From NCBI GenBank assembly GCA_002269645.1, contig NIVC01000190.1, forward strand, positions 124,001-188,000: DNA of 64,000 nt, read 5' to 3'. Below, piece after piece: positions 42,272 through 54,399 of the stretch (positions are counted from its first letter, which is position 1; every line of letters begins with the position of its first letter). A program made the position numbers and the translations under genes. The DNA comes from Macrostomum lignano (lineage: Eukaryota). The notes under the pieces were generated by a model. It made no database searches. It was given only the letters and a program-made list of their open reading frames with translations, and was not told the origin of the DNA.

Positions 42272-45200
42272 TTATTTCATCAGAGCAACATGGCTCAAAC
42301 TAAATATAGACTGAATGCAGCTGCTAAACGAATGCAGCATCGACTCTGACAGGCCGGCTGGCAACAGGAACTGGAAACATCTTGGCGTTCGGTGACTCTG
42401 CCAGGTGATGTACTCAACTAGGAAACCTTTGATGGTTTTCAGCACCAGCTCAGCACGTCTCTGACACCAGGTGATGGTCATCTCTTCAGTTAGCTGAGTA
42501 GTCAGCAGCAGGGGCAGCGTTAAACAATTAACATCGTGAACCAGAGCGGTGCGGACTATACGCCTGAGGCCTTGAGCAATGACCGGATGCTGCGAGGTCA
42601 ATTCGGGACAATCGCCCGATTCGGTAATGAGATGGAACACTAATTGAGCGCCGTTTAAATTTGAGTGACGCGTGATGAACACGTCGCCAACAGACGGCTT
42701 GCCAATTGCTGTGGCACTGTTGCTACCGCCACTGCTTGCAGCTGGGTTTGCCTCTGCGGAATGAGCGGTTGGATGAGTAGATAGGTAGATAAGTAGGTTG
42801 CTCGATTTGGGAGTGATTTAAGCGAGTGATTAGATGATTAACTGATACTGACTAGATAAATGACTTAGTGAGTGACTAGATACCGGTATGTGACAGAGTG
42901 GGTGAATATGTGAGCGAGGAAGTGACTAAATAGTCACTAGATAGGTGACCGAGTGAACTAGATAGGTGACCGAGTGAACTAGATAGGTGACCGAGTGAAT
43001 GACTAGATAGGTGATCTAGTGAGTGACTAGATAGATGACTGAGTGACTAGATAGGTGACCAAGTGACTAGATAGGTGACCAAGTGACTAGATAGGTGACC
43101 AAGTGACTAGATAGGTGACCAAGTGACTAGATAGATGACTGAGTGACTAGATAGGTGACTGAGTGACTAGATAGATGACTGAGTGACTAGATAGATGACT
43201 GAGTGACTAGATAGGTGACTGAGTGACTAGATAGATGACTGAGTGACTAGATAGGTGACTGAGTGACTAGATAGATGACTGAGTGACTAGATAGATGACT
43301 GAGTGAGTGACTAGATAGGTGACTGAGTGACTAGATAGGTGATCTAGTGAGTGACTAGAGAGGTGACTGAATGACTAGATAGGTGACTGAGTGACTAGAT
43401 AGGTGACCGAGTGACTAGATGGGTGACTGAGTGACTAGATAGGTGACCAAGTGACTAGATAGGTGACCAAGTGACTAGATAGGTGACCAAGTGACTAGAT
43501 AGGTGACCAAGTGACTAGATAGGTGACCAAGTGACTAGATAGGAGACCAAGTGACTAGATAGGTGACCAAGTGACTAGATAGGTGACCAAGTGACTAGAT
43601 AGGTGACCAAGTGACTAGATAGGTGACCAAGTGACTAGATAGGTGACTAAGTGACTAGATAGGTGACCGAGTGACTATATATGATAGGGCACATTGCCAT
43701 TGGCTAAGAAAAACAAACCCACCATTAATCCGCCGCCATATCGACTCCATTTGGCGGCCATAGTCGTCGAAGTGAAAATCGGCGCTCCGTTCGCACAGAT
43801 CGCTGAATTTCAGAGAAGCCGACACGTGCGGATTGCAGGCCTTAAAAATCAATCAGTTCGGGTGAAAGCAAGTTGGTAATATAGAAATTAGTCAGGATAT
43901 GAAGTCAAGGATCAAGTCAAGGATGTGAAGTCTCCAGCTTGTCACCAGCTGGACATGGCAAGGATGTGACGTCTCCAGCTTGTGAAAAGGTGATCAGCTG
44001 GACTTGGCAATGATGTGAAGTCTCCAGCTTGTGAAAGGGTGATCAGCAGGACATGTCAAAGATGTGAAGTCTCCAGCTTCTGAAAGGGTGATCAGCTGGA
44101 CTTGGCAATGATGTGAAGTCTCCAGCTTGTGAAAGGGTGATCAGCAGGACATGTCAAAGATGTGAAGTCTCCAGCTTGTGAAAGAGTGATCAGCTGGACT
44201 TGGCAATGATGTGAAGTCTCCAGCTTTTGAAAGAGTGATCAGCAGGACATGTCAAGGATGTGAAGTCTCCAGCTTGTGAAAGAGTGATCAGCTGGACTTG
44301 GCAAGGATGTGAAGTCTCCAGCTTGTGAAAGAGTGATCAGCTGGACTTGGCAAGGATGTGAAGTCTCCAGCTTGTGAAAGAGTGATCAGCTGGTGTGCTC
44401 AAGGATGTGAAGCTTGTGAAAGAGTGATCAGCTGGACTTGGCAATGATGTGAGGTCTCCAGCTAGTGAAAGAAACCCCAAAGAGGTGCCAATCGCTAACC
44501 TGATCGCGGCTAGACAAGAGCACGAAGGCGGATAGCGAGTCGGAGTACAGACTCAATGCGGTCTGCAGTCGATCAGCCGCAGAATTCGGACTCAACAATC
44601 GTCTCAAATCTGCGCTTAATAAACGCAAATTATGCTGCGTCTTTAATTGAGTACCAACGCTAATAGTGAAGCTCTCCTCCCATGCTATCGGATTGCGATA
44701 AGACTCGTTGGAATCTTCTGTGTCGTTAATGCCAGCTTCGCCGCTCAGTTCGGACAGCTTGGCGTCGCCATCAGCCGGCGTAGACGACTCCGCGCCAGCA
44801 TCTGGGCCGGACGGGTTGGCGACAGGTTCGGCAGCTGGCAGGAGGCGCGAATCCAGCGCCGCTAGGCTGTTCAATTGGCACAATACCAGCTGACGGTGGG
44901 CGGCCTTCTGTCGGTCTTTCAGCATTACCAGCTCGTTGCGCCAACGCTGCGCTTCGCCAGTTAAATTGGACACGTGCTGAGCGTTCAGACGGTTGATGTC
45001 CTCGTCTGTTAGGGAGAACAGGTAAGAGACGCATGCTCTGATCACCTTGAAATGTCATTTGCATTGATACTCATTTTAGACATACCAGCAATATACCAAT
45101 ATCCATATTAGTGTCATACAGTAGTTAGCGTTTATTTCACGGCCCGCTGAGACTGTCTATGGTAAAATCTCATTTAGTCCAATGCATTCAGTCGGTTTTA

Positions 45201-48200
45201 CGGCCCGCTAAGACAGTCTATGGTAAAATCTCATTTACTCCAATTCATTCAGTCGGTTTCACGGCCCGCTGAGACTTTCTATGGTAAAATCTCATTTACT
45301 CCAATGCATTCAGTCGGTTTCACGGCCCGCTGAGACTTTCTATGGTTAAATCTCATTTACTCCAATGCATTCAGTCGGTTTCACGGCCCGCTGAGAGTGT
45401 CTATGGTAAAATCTCATTTACTCCAATGCATTCAGTCGGTTTCACGGCCCGCTGAGACTGTCTATGGTAAAATCTCATTTACTCCAATGCATTCAGTCGG
45501 TTTCACGGCCCGCTGAGAGTGTCTATGGTAAAATCTCATTTACTCCAATGCATTCAGTCGGTTTCACGGCCCGCTGAGACTTTCTATGGTAAATTTCCAT
45601 TTACTTTAATGCATTCAGTCGGTTTCACGGCCCGCTGAGACTGTCTATGGTAAAATCTCATTTACTCCAATGCATTCAGTCGGTTTTACGGCCCGCTAAG
45701 ACAGTCTATGGTAAAATCTCATTTACTCCAATGCATTCAGTCGGTTTCACGGCCCGCTGAGACTGTCTATGGTAAATTTCCATTTACTTTAATGCATTCA
45801 GTCGGTTTCACGGCCCGCTGAGACTGTCTATGGTAAAATCTCATTTACTCCAATGCATTCAATCGTTTTCACGGCCCGCTGAGAGTGTCTATGGTAAAAT
45901 CTCATTTACTCCAATGCATTCAGTCGGTTTCACGGCCCGCTGAGACTATGGTTAAATCTCATTTACTCCAATGCATTCAGTCGGTTTCACGGCCCGCTGA
46001 GACTGTCTATGGCAAAGTCAGAAGACAGCGGGGTCAAGGGGGCGTGGAGCCCCATTGCGGGGGTGAGGGGCGGAGCCCCCACATTTGTGCACCAGCACTC
46101 TAGAGAAAGAAAGAATGAAATCTAAGAAATTGTCTATGGCCAAAACTCCTTGTTTTGTGAATCGAAAAAAATAGTAACTGTACTAAGCAATATTAAGCAG
46201 TACTAAGCTTTGCTTTCGAAATATACAAGTTGTAATAGCATTAACTAGATACTTATATGTAGTTTTTTATTTATTGAAGTCAGCCATAGATAATTACAGC
46301 GAGCGGGCTGCCGTGCGTTTCATTCTGTTTTATCACTTAGGCTAACTATAATCTGCGCCCCTGTTTGGCTGTTGGGGAGTCAACAAAGATAGAAATAAAA
46401 ATGTTTGAATAAACTACATGCAAATATTTAGGTTATGTACAGTCACCATTGTTAATTTTTTAGGGAAAATTATTTTTAAATCAAAAAGTATCTGCCCTGA
46501 AAGCCAAGCTATCAAAAATATGTCTAGCCTCTATGAGAGATATCAGATCCTCTATGAGCTTTGACTCAAGGCATCTGAGCAACCCGCATGAACAAAAATT
46601 TCAACAATTACTACATGATCTACATGATTGTTAGTGTCTTAAAGAAAATGTTTTAAGCAAAAAAAGCATTACCCCTCATGCAAGCTTTCTCACCAAAGGC
46701 TCCCTTTAAGCCACGACTTAACCCTAACTCTCCCTTTGATGCTTGGCCTACCAACAACTCCCAATTGACCCTTTGGCATCTCAGCAACCTCTTCTCTTTA
46801 TGAGCCACAGCATTTCAGCAATCCCCTCACGAGTCTTGACATTTCAGTAATCCCCCCCCATGAGCCACAATAGTTCACAGTGTCCCTGTGCCTGGATCGA
46901 TGTTTAAATATGAGTTTGCAGTTTCCAAGACAGATTTTTGCATGTCGTCTCAACCTGATGCCAGATGCAAACTGTCACAAGTAAAGTTGCTACTAGATGT
47001 AGATTTCTTCTGATGTAGTCAGTCAGCAAGTATCAGTCTCCATTAAACGTAACAATATGGTTACGCAATCTAAACCAAGTCTTGTGCTATGCTTCCCATA
47101 CTTTTTTCTCCACACTGTGACTCAAATCAAGTCGGAGTCACGATTCAGAAAGTAAAGTGACGATATATAAAGTCTGTTGTGATGCAATCTTTATCAGAAT
47201 CAGAGTTCAGTCTTTCAGTTTTTGCTCTACAATGATCACAACACATTTCAAGCCGAAAAGTTTGCTCGACCTTTGCAAAAAGCATGTTTTTCCAAATATT
47301 TAATCATTTTGGGATAGAGCAACTTCTTAGCCACAGCACATGACTGTCACGGGAAAATATCTGATCGAATGGTGCAATTTTCAAGAAAATCGGTTGAGCT
47401 GTTTTTCTGAAATCGATCACATATTGACATACACTCAGTAATCAGACAAAAGTTCCACCCTCTAAGCGATCGATGAATTTTTCCATCGAGCATGTCTGTG
47501 ACTTTCTAATATTCTGCTTTCGAAACGAAAATCCACCACAGCAGAATGTTGCGGAGCTGCGTCATGCCATTGAAAACGCTTGGCAGCAGCTTCCCCTGTG
47601 TGCGAGGGGATCCCACACGCGTTATTAAGCATCGCGATTCTAACTGAATATTGCATAAAAACTGTTATGATTTTGTGGGACTGACGTTTATTATTGATTC
47701 AATCAACTTTCCTTTCCTCGCGGCGGCTTTGTTGCGCAATTTGAGAGTTGAATTGTGAGCGAGAAGTTGTCGCAATAATTAAGACAATGTTCATCTTGCT
47801 GCGAGGGTGGAACTTTTGTCTGTTGCTGAGTGTACACTCAGTTGATTAGACAAGCCATGTATAGCATAGGTTGATGGATGGATTTTTTTTTTTAGAGGCA
47901 GGGGGGTTGTGTGCACCCTGGCGCACTTTAAGCGACATTGGCACACAACCGGCGAGAGGCATTACTGCCCATTCCGCCGACTCCCCTGAGCAGGCATACA
48001 AGCGCGCGGATACGTACGCAGGCACACACTCACACAGGAGTGTACAGCGGCCCTAACTTTATCAATTGTTAGGCATGTACACTTCACTGCGCCTTGGGGG
48101 GTTGGCTCTCAAGGCCGTTAATTGCACGAGCAGAGCCAAGCCGAGATTCCAATTCAGCCCCAAATTAATGTGACTGCACTTGGAATCGAGCCTGGGTCGC

Positions 48201-49670
48201 TGGCACACCAGAGCAGCTGCGCTACCGCTGGGCTACGGCCCCCCTTGATGGATGGATGGATAAATTGATTTTATTAGTAGATCTAGAGAATAATGCTCTA
48301 GGGAAGATTGCTCGAGAGACAACATATAAAACACACTAAATAAAGCTCAGCTCTCACCGGTGTATCTGTGGCCACTCTGAGCCACCGCCTCCTCCATCAC
48401 AGCCTGCTGTTTAGCTGACAACTCTCGCATAGCCCTGCCAGCGCTGGACAGCAGATCTTCAACCTGTTTAGCCATAGCCCGTTCAATCTTGACCAGTTTA
48501 GCAGCTTTGCTGGGTGCACAATTCACCAATTGCAAATAGGCTCGACGAAATTCTGAACGTTCAACATCGGAGCCGGCGCTGCCGCCGCATCCGCTGACCG
48601 AATCGAAGCTGTTGGCCGTGTTGTGCGACGGCGAGGAGTTCGACGCCAACGAGGACGACAGCACCGATGCGGAGTCGCCGCAGTCAGGCTCGTCGTGGTC
48701 GGCTTGTACACCGGCAGTTTGCACCAGGGTTGAATAGGTCTGCGAGAGGGTGCGGGTTGTGGTGTTGAAGGGAGTCCAGGGGCCCAGGCTCGATTCCAAA
48801 AGCAGTCGCATTAATCTATGGGCTAAACTGTAATCTCGGCTTCGCCCTGCTTGTGCAATTAACGACCAGTTTGAGGCCAACAACCCCAAAGGCGCAGTGA
48901 AGTGTACACGCCTAACGATAAATAAAGTTAGGCCCGCTGTACACTCCTGTGTGAGTGTGTGCCTGCGCGTGTGACTGCGTACGTATCCGCGCGCTTGTGT
49001 GCCTGCTCAGGGGAGTCGGCGGAATGGGCAGTAAGGCCTCTCGCCGGTTGTGCGACAATGTCGCTTAAAGTGCACCAGGGTGCACATAGAATAAATTTGG
49101 GAATGGAATGCAGGTAAGGATATAATAGAGGATAGAATGCAGGTAAGGATATAATAGAGGATGGAATAGATCATAACCAGTCTGACTGAGCACTCCAAGA
49201 ACGAATTAATCACTAAGAGCCCTATTTACCTTAACAAGCCGGAACTCCCTACAGAGCTGCTCAGCGCAGTTGTTTAAATCCGCGGCGCCGCCCAAGCCCA
49301 CGGCGCCAACGGCAGCGCGCCTTTGTTCGCAAATCTTATCAAAATAATTGGCTGTACTTTTAACAACAAATTCTGTTAGCGACTGACGCAATTGAGGCCG
49401 GGTGAACTCCGGCAGCTGGTGCCGGTTAGACAGAACCGGAACCAGATCGTCTACTGCGATTCCGCATGGCAACGGTATTGGCAAGAGTTCGGTAAGGCTA
49501 TAGACAATACCGCTACCGAAATCCTGTTGCCAGGTGAACTGAAGATGCTGCTGCTGTTGATGTCGCTGCTGCAGCTGAAGGGACGCAGCGTCAGAGCCTC
49601 CACTAGCGCCGACCACAAACAGTTGAAGGGGAGGCGGCAGCGGCTGCTGCTGAGTAGTCACAGATGACGG
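42272..49670 (-). CDS. FERRY3: FERRY complex subunit 3 / C12orf4 (DUF2362) homolog. Exons 49230-49670, 48358-48739, 44500-45005, 43723-43840, 42272-42753
   Basis: Motifs matching C12orf4 as I recall it: TDEDINRLNAQH, EESFTISVGTQLKTQHNLRLL, RLQTALSLYSDSL, DFHF, FITRHSNL, EEMTITWCQRRAELVLKTIKGF. Junction phases (0,1,0,1) are consistent. The start codon is uncertain. Confidence 0.92.
42935..43680. repeat. 20-bp minisatellite (GTGACTAGATAGGTGACCAA)
   Basis: Seen directly. Confidence 0.95.
43920..44470. repeat. About 49-bp minisatellite (GTGATCAGCTGGACTTGGCAATGATGTGAAGTCTCCAGCTTGTGAAAGG)
   Basis: Seen directly. Confidence 0.93.
45130..46015. repeat. 61-bp minisatellite, about 14-15 copies
   Basis: Unit ATGGTAAAATCTCATTTACTCCAATGCATTCAGTCGGTTTCACGGCCCGCTGAGACTGTCT. 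Confidence 0.95.
47432..47832. mobile_element. Tc1/mariner-type MITE, about 400 bp, TA TSD
   Basis: TIR CACTCAG(TAAT/CAA)CAGACAAAAGTTCCACCCTC at both ends; related solo TIRs at about 34640-34672 and 55246-55279. Confidence 0.8.
47905..48243 (-). mobile_element. SINE family A, near full length
   Basis: Reverse complement has A-box TAGCCCAGCGG and B-box GGCTCGATTCC. Confidence 0.88.
48783..49085 (+). mobile_element. SINE family A, 5'-truncated
   Basis: Starts at CCCAGGCTCGATTCC; body matches the other copies. Confidence 0.87.
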
Positions 49671-49709
49671 CTGCGGGTGTGAAGCATTGAAAATGAGTAG
49701 AATAGATTG

Positions 49710-49825
49710 ATGTCCAGCCTGAATGTGTCCATATGTGAGCAGATAGATGCACAGCCTGAATGTGTCCATATGTGAGCAGATAGATGCACAGCCTGAATGT
49801 GTCTATATGTGAGCAGATAGACGTA
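49710..49825. repeat. About 37-bp tandem repeat, 3 copies
   Basis: CAGCCTGAATGTGTCCATATGTGAGCAGATAGATGCA repeated. Confidence 0.88.
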
Positions 49826-50104
49826 TCCAAAAGTGCGTATTAACCAACAAACAGCACACGTGACTATAGCTATTTTGAAACCGGATCGATTGTATTTATA
49901 CAATACAAATTATTGCAAAATGTAAATATGTATAGTGTTAACATAATAAAAATGCATAATTCAAGTGATTATTAAGACTGAAGACTTGGCAGTTTTGTTA
50001 ATTATAAAAGCAAATGCATAATTATGAATAAATAATAATAGAAGTTACTAGATAGAAGAAGAGTTTTCATGGTTTAGCAGCATTAGAGATGAATTTAAGT
50101 TTAT

Positions 50105-52821
50105 TCAAAATTCTGGAAATTTAATTATTTGTCCATCAAGTTGATTGGTGTCGCGAGCCAGCCGGTTAGAGCCGGTTTCGGTTGAGTCAACAGCACCATT
50201 CTGAGCAGTTGTCGCCACTAACACGGCCTGTCTAATGGCATCCATCAAATTAGTTTCCGTAATATCCAACTGGTGCACCAGCTGATAGCGTAAATCGTTT
50301 AATTGTCTGCGCAATTCTCTTGTCTCATCGCGTATTAATTGTCTGATAAAACTGTCATTGCTACTGTCAGTAGCATCAGTAGTCTGACAGGCCACGTCAA
50401 CAGTTGAAGTGGCGCTGGCGCTACTCCTACTAATAGTAGTAGTAGGATTGACAGGCGAAGAACCAGACATTGAATAGGAAACGGCCAATGATTCCGCAAA
50501 TGTTACTCGTTTAGTTGCCGACTGACTACTGACAGTAGCAGTAGTATTACTAGCATCATTTGGCGGTAGAACACTGTGATCTTGCATAGTCAGCTGCAGC
50601 GGAGCCATGAGAATGCGGTCAAGAGCCCGGCCCTCGGCGCTGCTGTCCCCTGAGAAGCCGCCGCTGCTGTCTTTTGTAGCCGACAATGTCGAATGATTCG
50701 AAGGAGTCGATGGGGCGTCGGCATGACGATTGGTCAAGTCAACTAGCGGCCGAGCCGGGTTCTCATTGTGTTGGACAGTTGCCTCCGGTTTGTGACGCGT
50801 TGGAGTTGGGGAGCTCAGATCGAACTCGCGACGTTGAGGGATCAACTGTTTGAAAATAATATGATGAAGCGTTACTCATGAGTTTGAAATTTGAGTGCGT
50901 GTTGCTAGGTAACCATTGTTAGGGCAGTTACAGGGTCGGGTACTTCATTCAAGCAACTTATGTGACATGTCCGGGTATAATCCAATAACTTACACCAATT
51001 AGACATTGTTAGACACCTCAATACCGTATCTGACACATTCAGGAATTATCTGACACATTCAGGCATTATCTGACACATTCAGGCATTATCTGACACATTC
51101 GGGAATTATCTGACTTCTCAGGCATCATCTGACACATTCGGGAATTATTTGACACATTCAGGCATTATCTGACACATTCAGGCATTATCTGACACATTCA
51201 GGCATTATCTGACACATTCCGAAATTATCTGACATTTTCAGGCATTATCTGACACATTCAGGCATTATCTGCCACATTCCGAAATTATCTGACATTTTCA
51301 GGCATTATCTGACACATTCAGGCATTATCTGACACATTCAGGTATTATCTGACACATTCAGGCGTTATCTGCCACAATCAGGCATTATCTGACACACTCA
51401 GGCATTATCTGACACAGAAAATACAAACCTTCAAATCAATGACAGCCGCTGATCTGGCCCGGTCAGCAGCGGTGTCAGCAGCCGCGGCAGGAATTTGCAT
51501 CACAGGCTGGTGCATTCGTCTGAGATCGTAGGCCAGACAGCCGCTAGTTCGAGTCCCAACCAGGACCAGCTGGCCATCCGGGCTAAACGTTAATCCCCTG
51601 GTAGCCGCATCCGGCAGGCGAATCCGGCCTACTTCAATCCCGGCCAGAGAGTCGTACAGGCCAGCGCTGGAGTCGCAGCTGGTTGAGCAGAGCAGACTGG
51701 CATTGACTGGAGAGAACTGTACAGCTCGCCTAGGCTGACAGAAGCCGGTCGAGCCAGACTCTCGACTCGGACAGGCCAACACGCTACGCGAGCTGCCGGA
51801 GTTCGTGTCCCACAGCAGTAGGGCGCCGCTGCGGTAGCCGGCAGCGGCCACGCCCGGACAGAACTGGCTGGTTGCCAGGCACTCGCAAGCCGAACGATCC
51901 TCAGGCCTCAGACCCATCGGTGAGTGCCTGTAGCCAGTGCCGATGTTCACCAAGGCAACATCGCCGCTCTGGTAGCCAATTAAACAGCGGGAATCGTCTC
52001 TGGCGGCCAGATCAAAGGCTAAACAGACAACTGGCGAGGGAAGCGATGGGCGTTGCCAACGGCAATGACCTTCAGGTGCGTCGTAGACAGTGAGCTGGCC
52101 GGTGTGGGAGCCGGCCGACAGGCTCCGGCCTGTGTACGGCGACAGAGCGATGCAGCTGTGCTGCCCGGCAACCGGAAGCTGCCGATGCGACAGCTGGTCT
52201 GAGAGGCTGGCCAGCGGGATCTGAGAGAGATGAGGATTTGGGAAGAATTGTCTTTAACAGAACAGAGGTTTGCCTTACAAACTGTAAGTTATACGAGCCT
52301 GAAGCTTCAGATGCTATCAATTCTACTTCAAACTGAAGCTTCAGATGCTATCAATTCTACCTCTACCTGAAGCTTCAGATGCTACCAACTCTACCTCTAC
52401 CTGAAGCTTCAGATGCTATCAACTCTACCTCTACCTGAAGCTTCAGATGCTATCAACTCTACCTCTACCTGAAGCTTCAGATGCTATCAACTCTACCTCT
52501 ACCTGAAGCTTCAGATGCTATCAACTCTACTTCTACCAGAAGCTTCAGGTCTCAACTTCGCACACCAGAAGCTTCAGATGGTACAGAAATCACTCCCCAA
52601 GCTACAGAAACACTGAAAGCATTAACAAAAGAATATACCTGTAGTAGGTGACGACCTGACTCTGACAATGCCAGGGCATACTGGCCACATGGTGCCAGCT
52701 GTACATGCGAGACATAATCAGAAGATGAGCAGGGTGTAACACTGGCTGTGGAATTCCAGACACTATTATTGGTGACATTATATATGGTTAATTGAGATTT
52801 AGTTGTCAACAGCAAGTCCAT
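50105..52821 (-). CDS. NEDD1: NEDD1/GCP-WD-like gamma-tubulin targeting factor, about 571 aa. Exons 52639-52821, 51429-52220, 50105-50845
   Basis: N-terminal WD40 repeats (AVQFSPVNASLLCSTSCD; LTFSPDGQLVLVG...AYDLRRMHQPV), S/T-rich linker, C-terminal helix FIRQLIRDETRELRRQLNDLRYQLVHQ. Phase-0 GT-AG introns. Confidence 0.8.
51030..51415. repeat. 20-bp minisatellite (ATTATCTGACACATTCAGGC)
   Basis: Seen directly. Confidence 0.95.
52300..52580. repeat. 34-bp minisatellite (CTACCTCTACCTGAAGCTTCAGATGCTATCAACT)
   Basis: Seen directly. Confidence 0.92.
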
Positions 52822-53789
52822 GGCAGGAAATGTTTATGAATAAATATGTATATTATATCAATAAAAATGCTAAATACATTGATAATTGATTAAAATTATT
52901 AATTACTTAAGAAATGCGTTATTCTACCATATTGTAATTATATAGATGAATAATGGGAGTAACAATGACTGTGTTAACTAATATAATTACCTTGTCATCT
53001 ATAAAACACAATAGGCCTATACTATACACATATAACTACTAATCACCCTGGCTAATCCAGCTAGCAGAAAAATGTTGACAGATCATATATAATATCAAAT
53101 GCTTTTAGACATAAACTAGAAAGTAATATAAATGAATATCAATATATAATACATTACCAAAGCAAATAGTTAACAAATTGGAAATATAAAATTTTGTTTA
53201 GATTAAAAATTCAACTTATACCTAGTTTTGCAAATTATCCAAAGAACAAAGTAAAAATTCTAAAATATAATTTTTTTTTAAAAATAATCAATAAGTCTTT
53301 GATTTGCTACTTACCCTTTGTTTATCACAATTTTATGCTAGCTATATTTGTATAGTTATAAATTATGAAAGCTTACAAAGTTACTAATATTCCAAGATTT
53401 TAGAAAGGAAATATTAAGATTACAAGGCTCAAAAAGGGGTTGATAGTCATTTTGTCTGCTGCCAGTTTGTCTACTATTCTTTTGTCTAGAAAAATATAAT
53501 GCAGTCATTTTGTCTATTGCATAATAATAAATATAACCTGAGTATTACAATTAATGTGTATATAATGGTACGAGTATTAAAAGGAAATATTTGTAGGCCT
53601 ATATCTTAAGATAATAAAGATAGGCCCTAGTGAACTAACTCATTTTGTTACAAGTACAAGCGAATCTAAAATAGGCCTAACATTTCCCAAACAATCCAAA
53701 CATAAAGTTGTCAACATTATATTGTGGCAGGCAGGATGCCACAATTGACTGAACTTGAATACTCAATAACTTTTAAATGCATACAATAA

Positions 53790-54395
53790 TAATAATTTCA
53801 CCATTCCCATCTGCTGACTTTTTGCCCCATTTCTGTTCATCGTTCGTCTAGCTCCCCTTCCTTTCCATAGCCTAGTTGCGTCTTTTCACTGTTTATTTGT
53901 TGTCCCTTTGCTGAATTTTGTTTTTCCGCACAGTCTTTTAACATATTTGTGCCTGTTCCATCCCGCGAATTTTGTTGCCCACTCCCCCATCCAGCGCCTG
54001 TCTCCAGCATTTGTCAGCATTTCTTTGTGTATTTAAGCAATGGTCCTGAGCCCTGTTTTCTTCAATTGTTTGTTTGCATGTGTTTTATTATTAGTAATTT
54101 GTTCACGGATTAACTTTGACTAGCCTCAGTAAGCTTTAATTTGCCCCAGTGCCGCAAGCGATATTCATCTTTCATCGTATTAATATTAATAATTATTCAA
54201 TGCTAGCTGGCCTTTGTTCAGCGTAATTAAAAAAATTAAAAAAATCTTCTCCCACCTCACTGGTGTCAGCTAAGTGGGATTACGAAATGCCGAAACCCTT
54301 TCCATGAGTTGTTCAAATGCTATACTATGGCTTCAATTATTACTAAATCAATGGCCATAGACGCAACAGCAAAAGCCAACGCCGCAGGCCCCGAC
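53790..54395 (-). pseudogene. Possible degenerate non-LTR retrotransposon C-terminal relic
   Basis: Interrupted reading SGPAALAFAVASMAIDLVIIE and W-rich RWMGEWATKFAGWNRH resemble post-RT regions of LINEs; multiple stops. Confidence 0.3.
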
Positions 54396-54399
54396 AACT

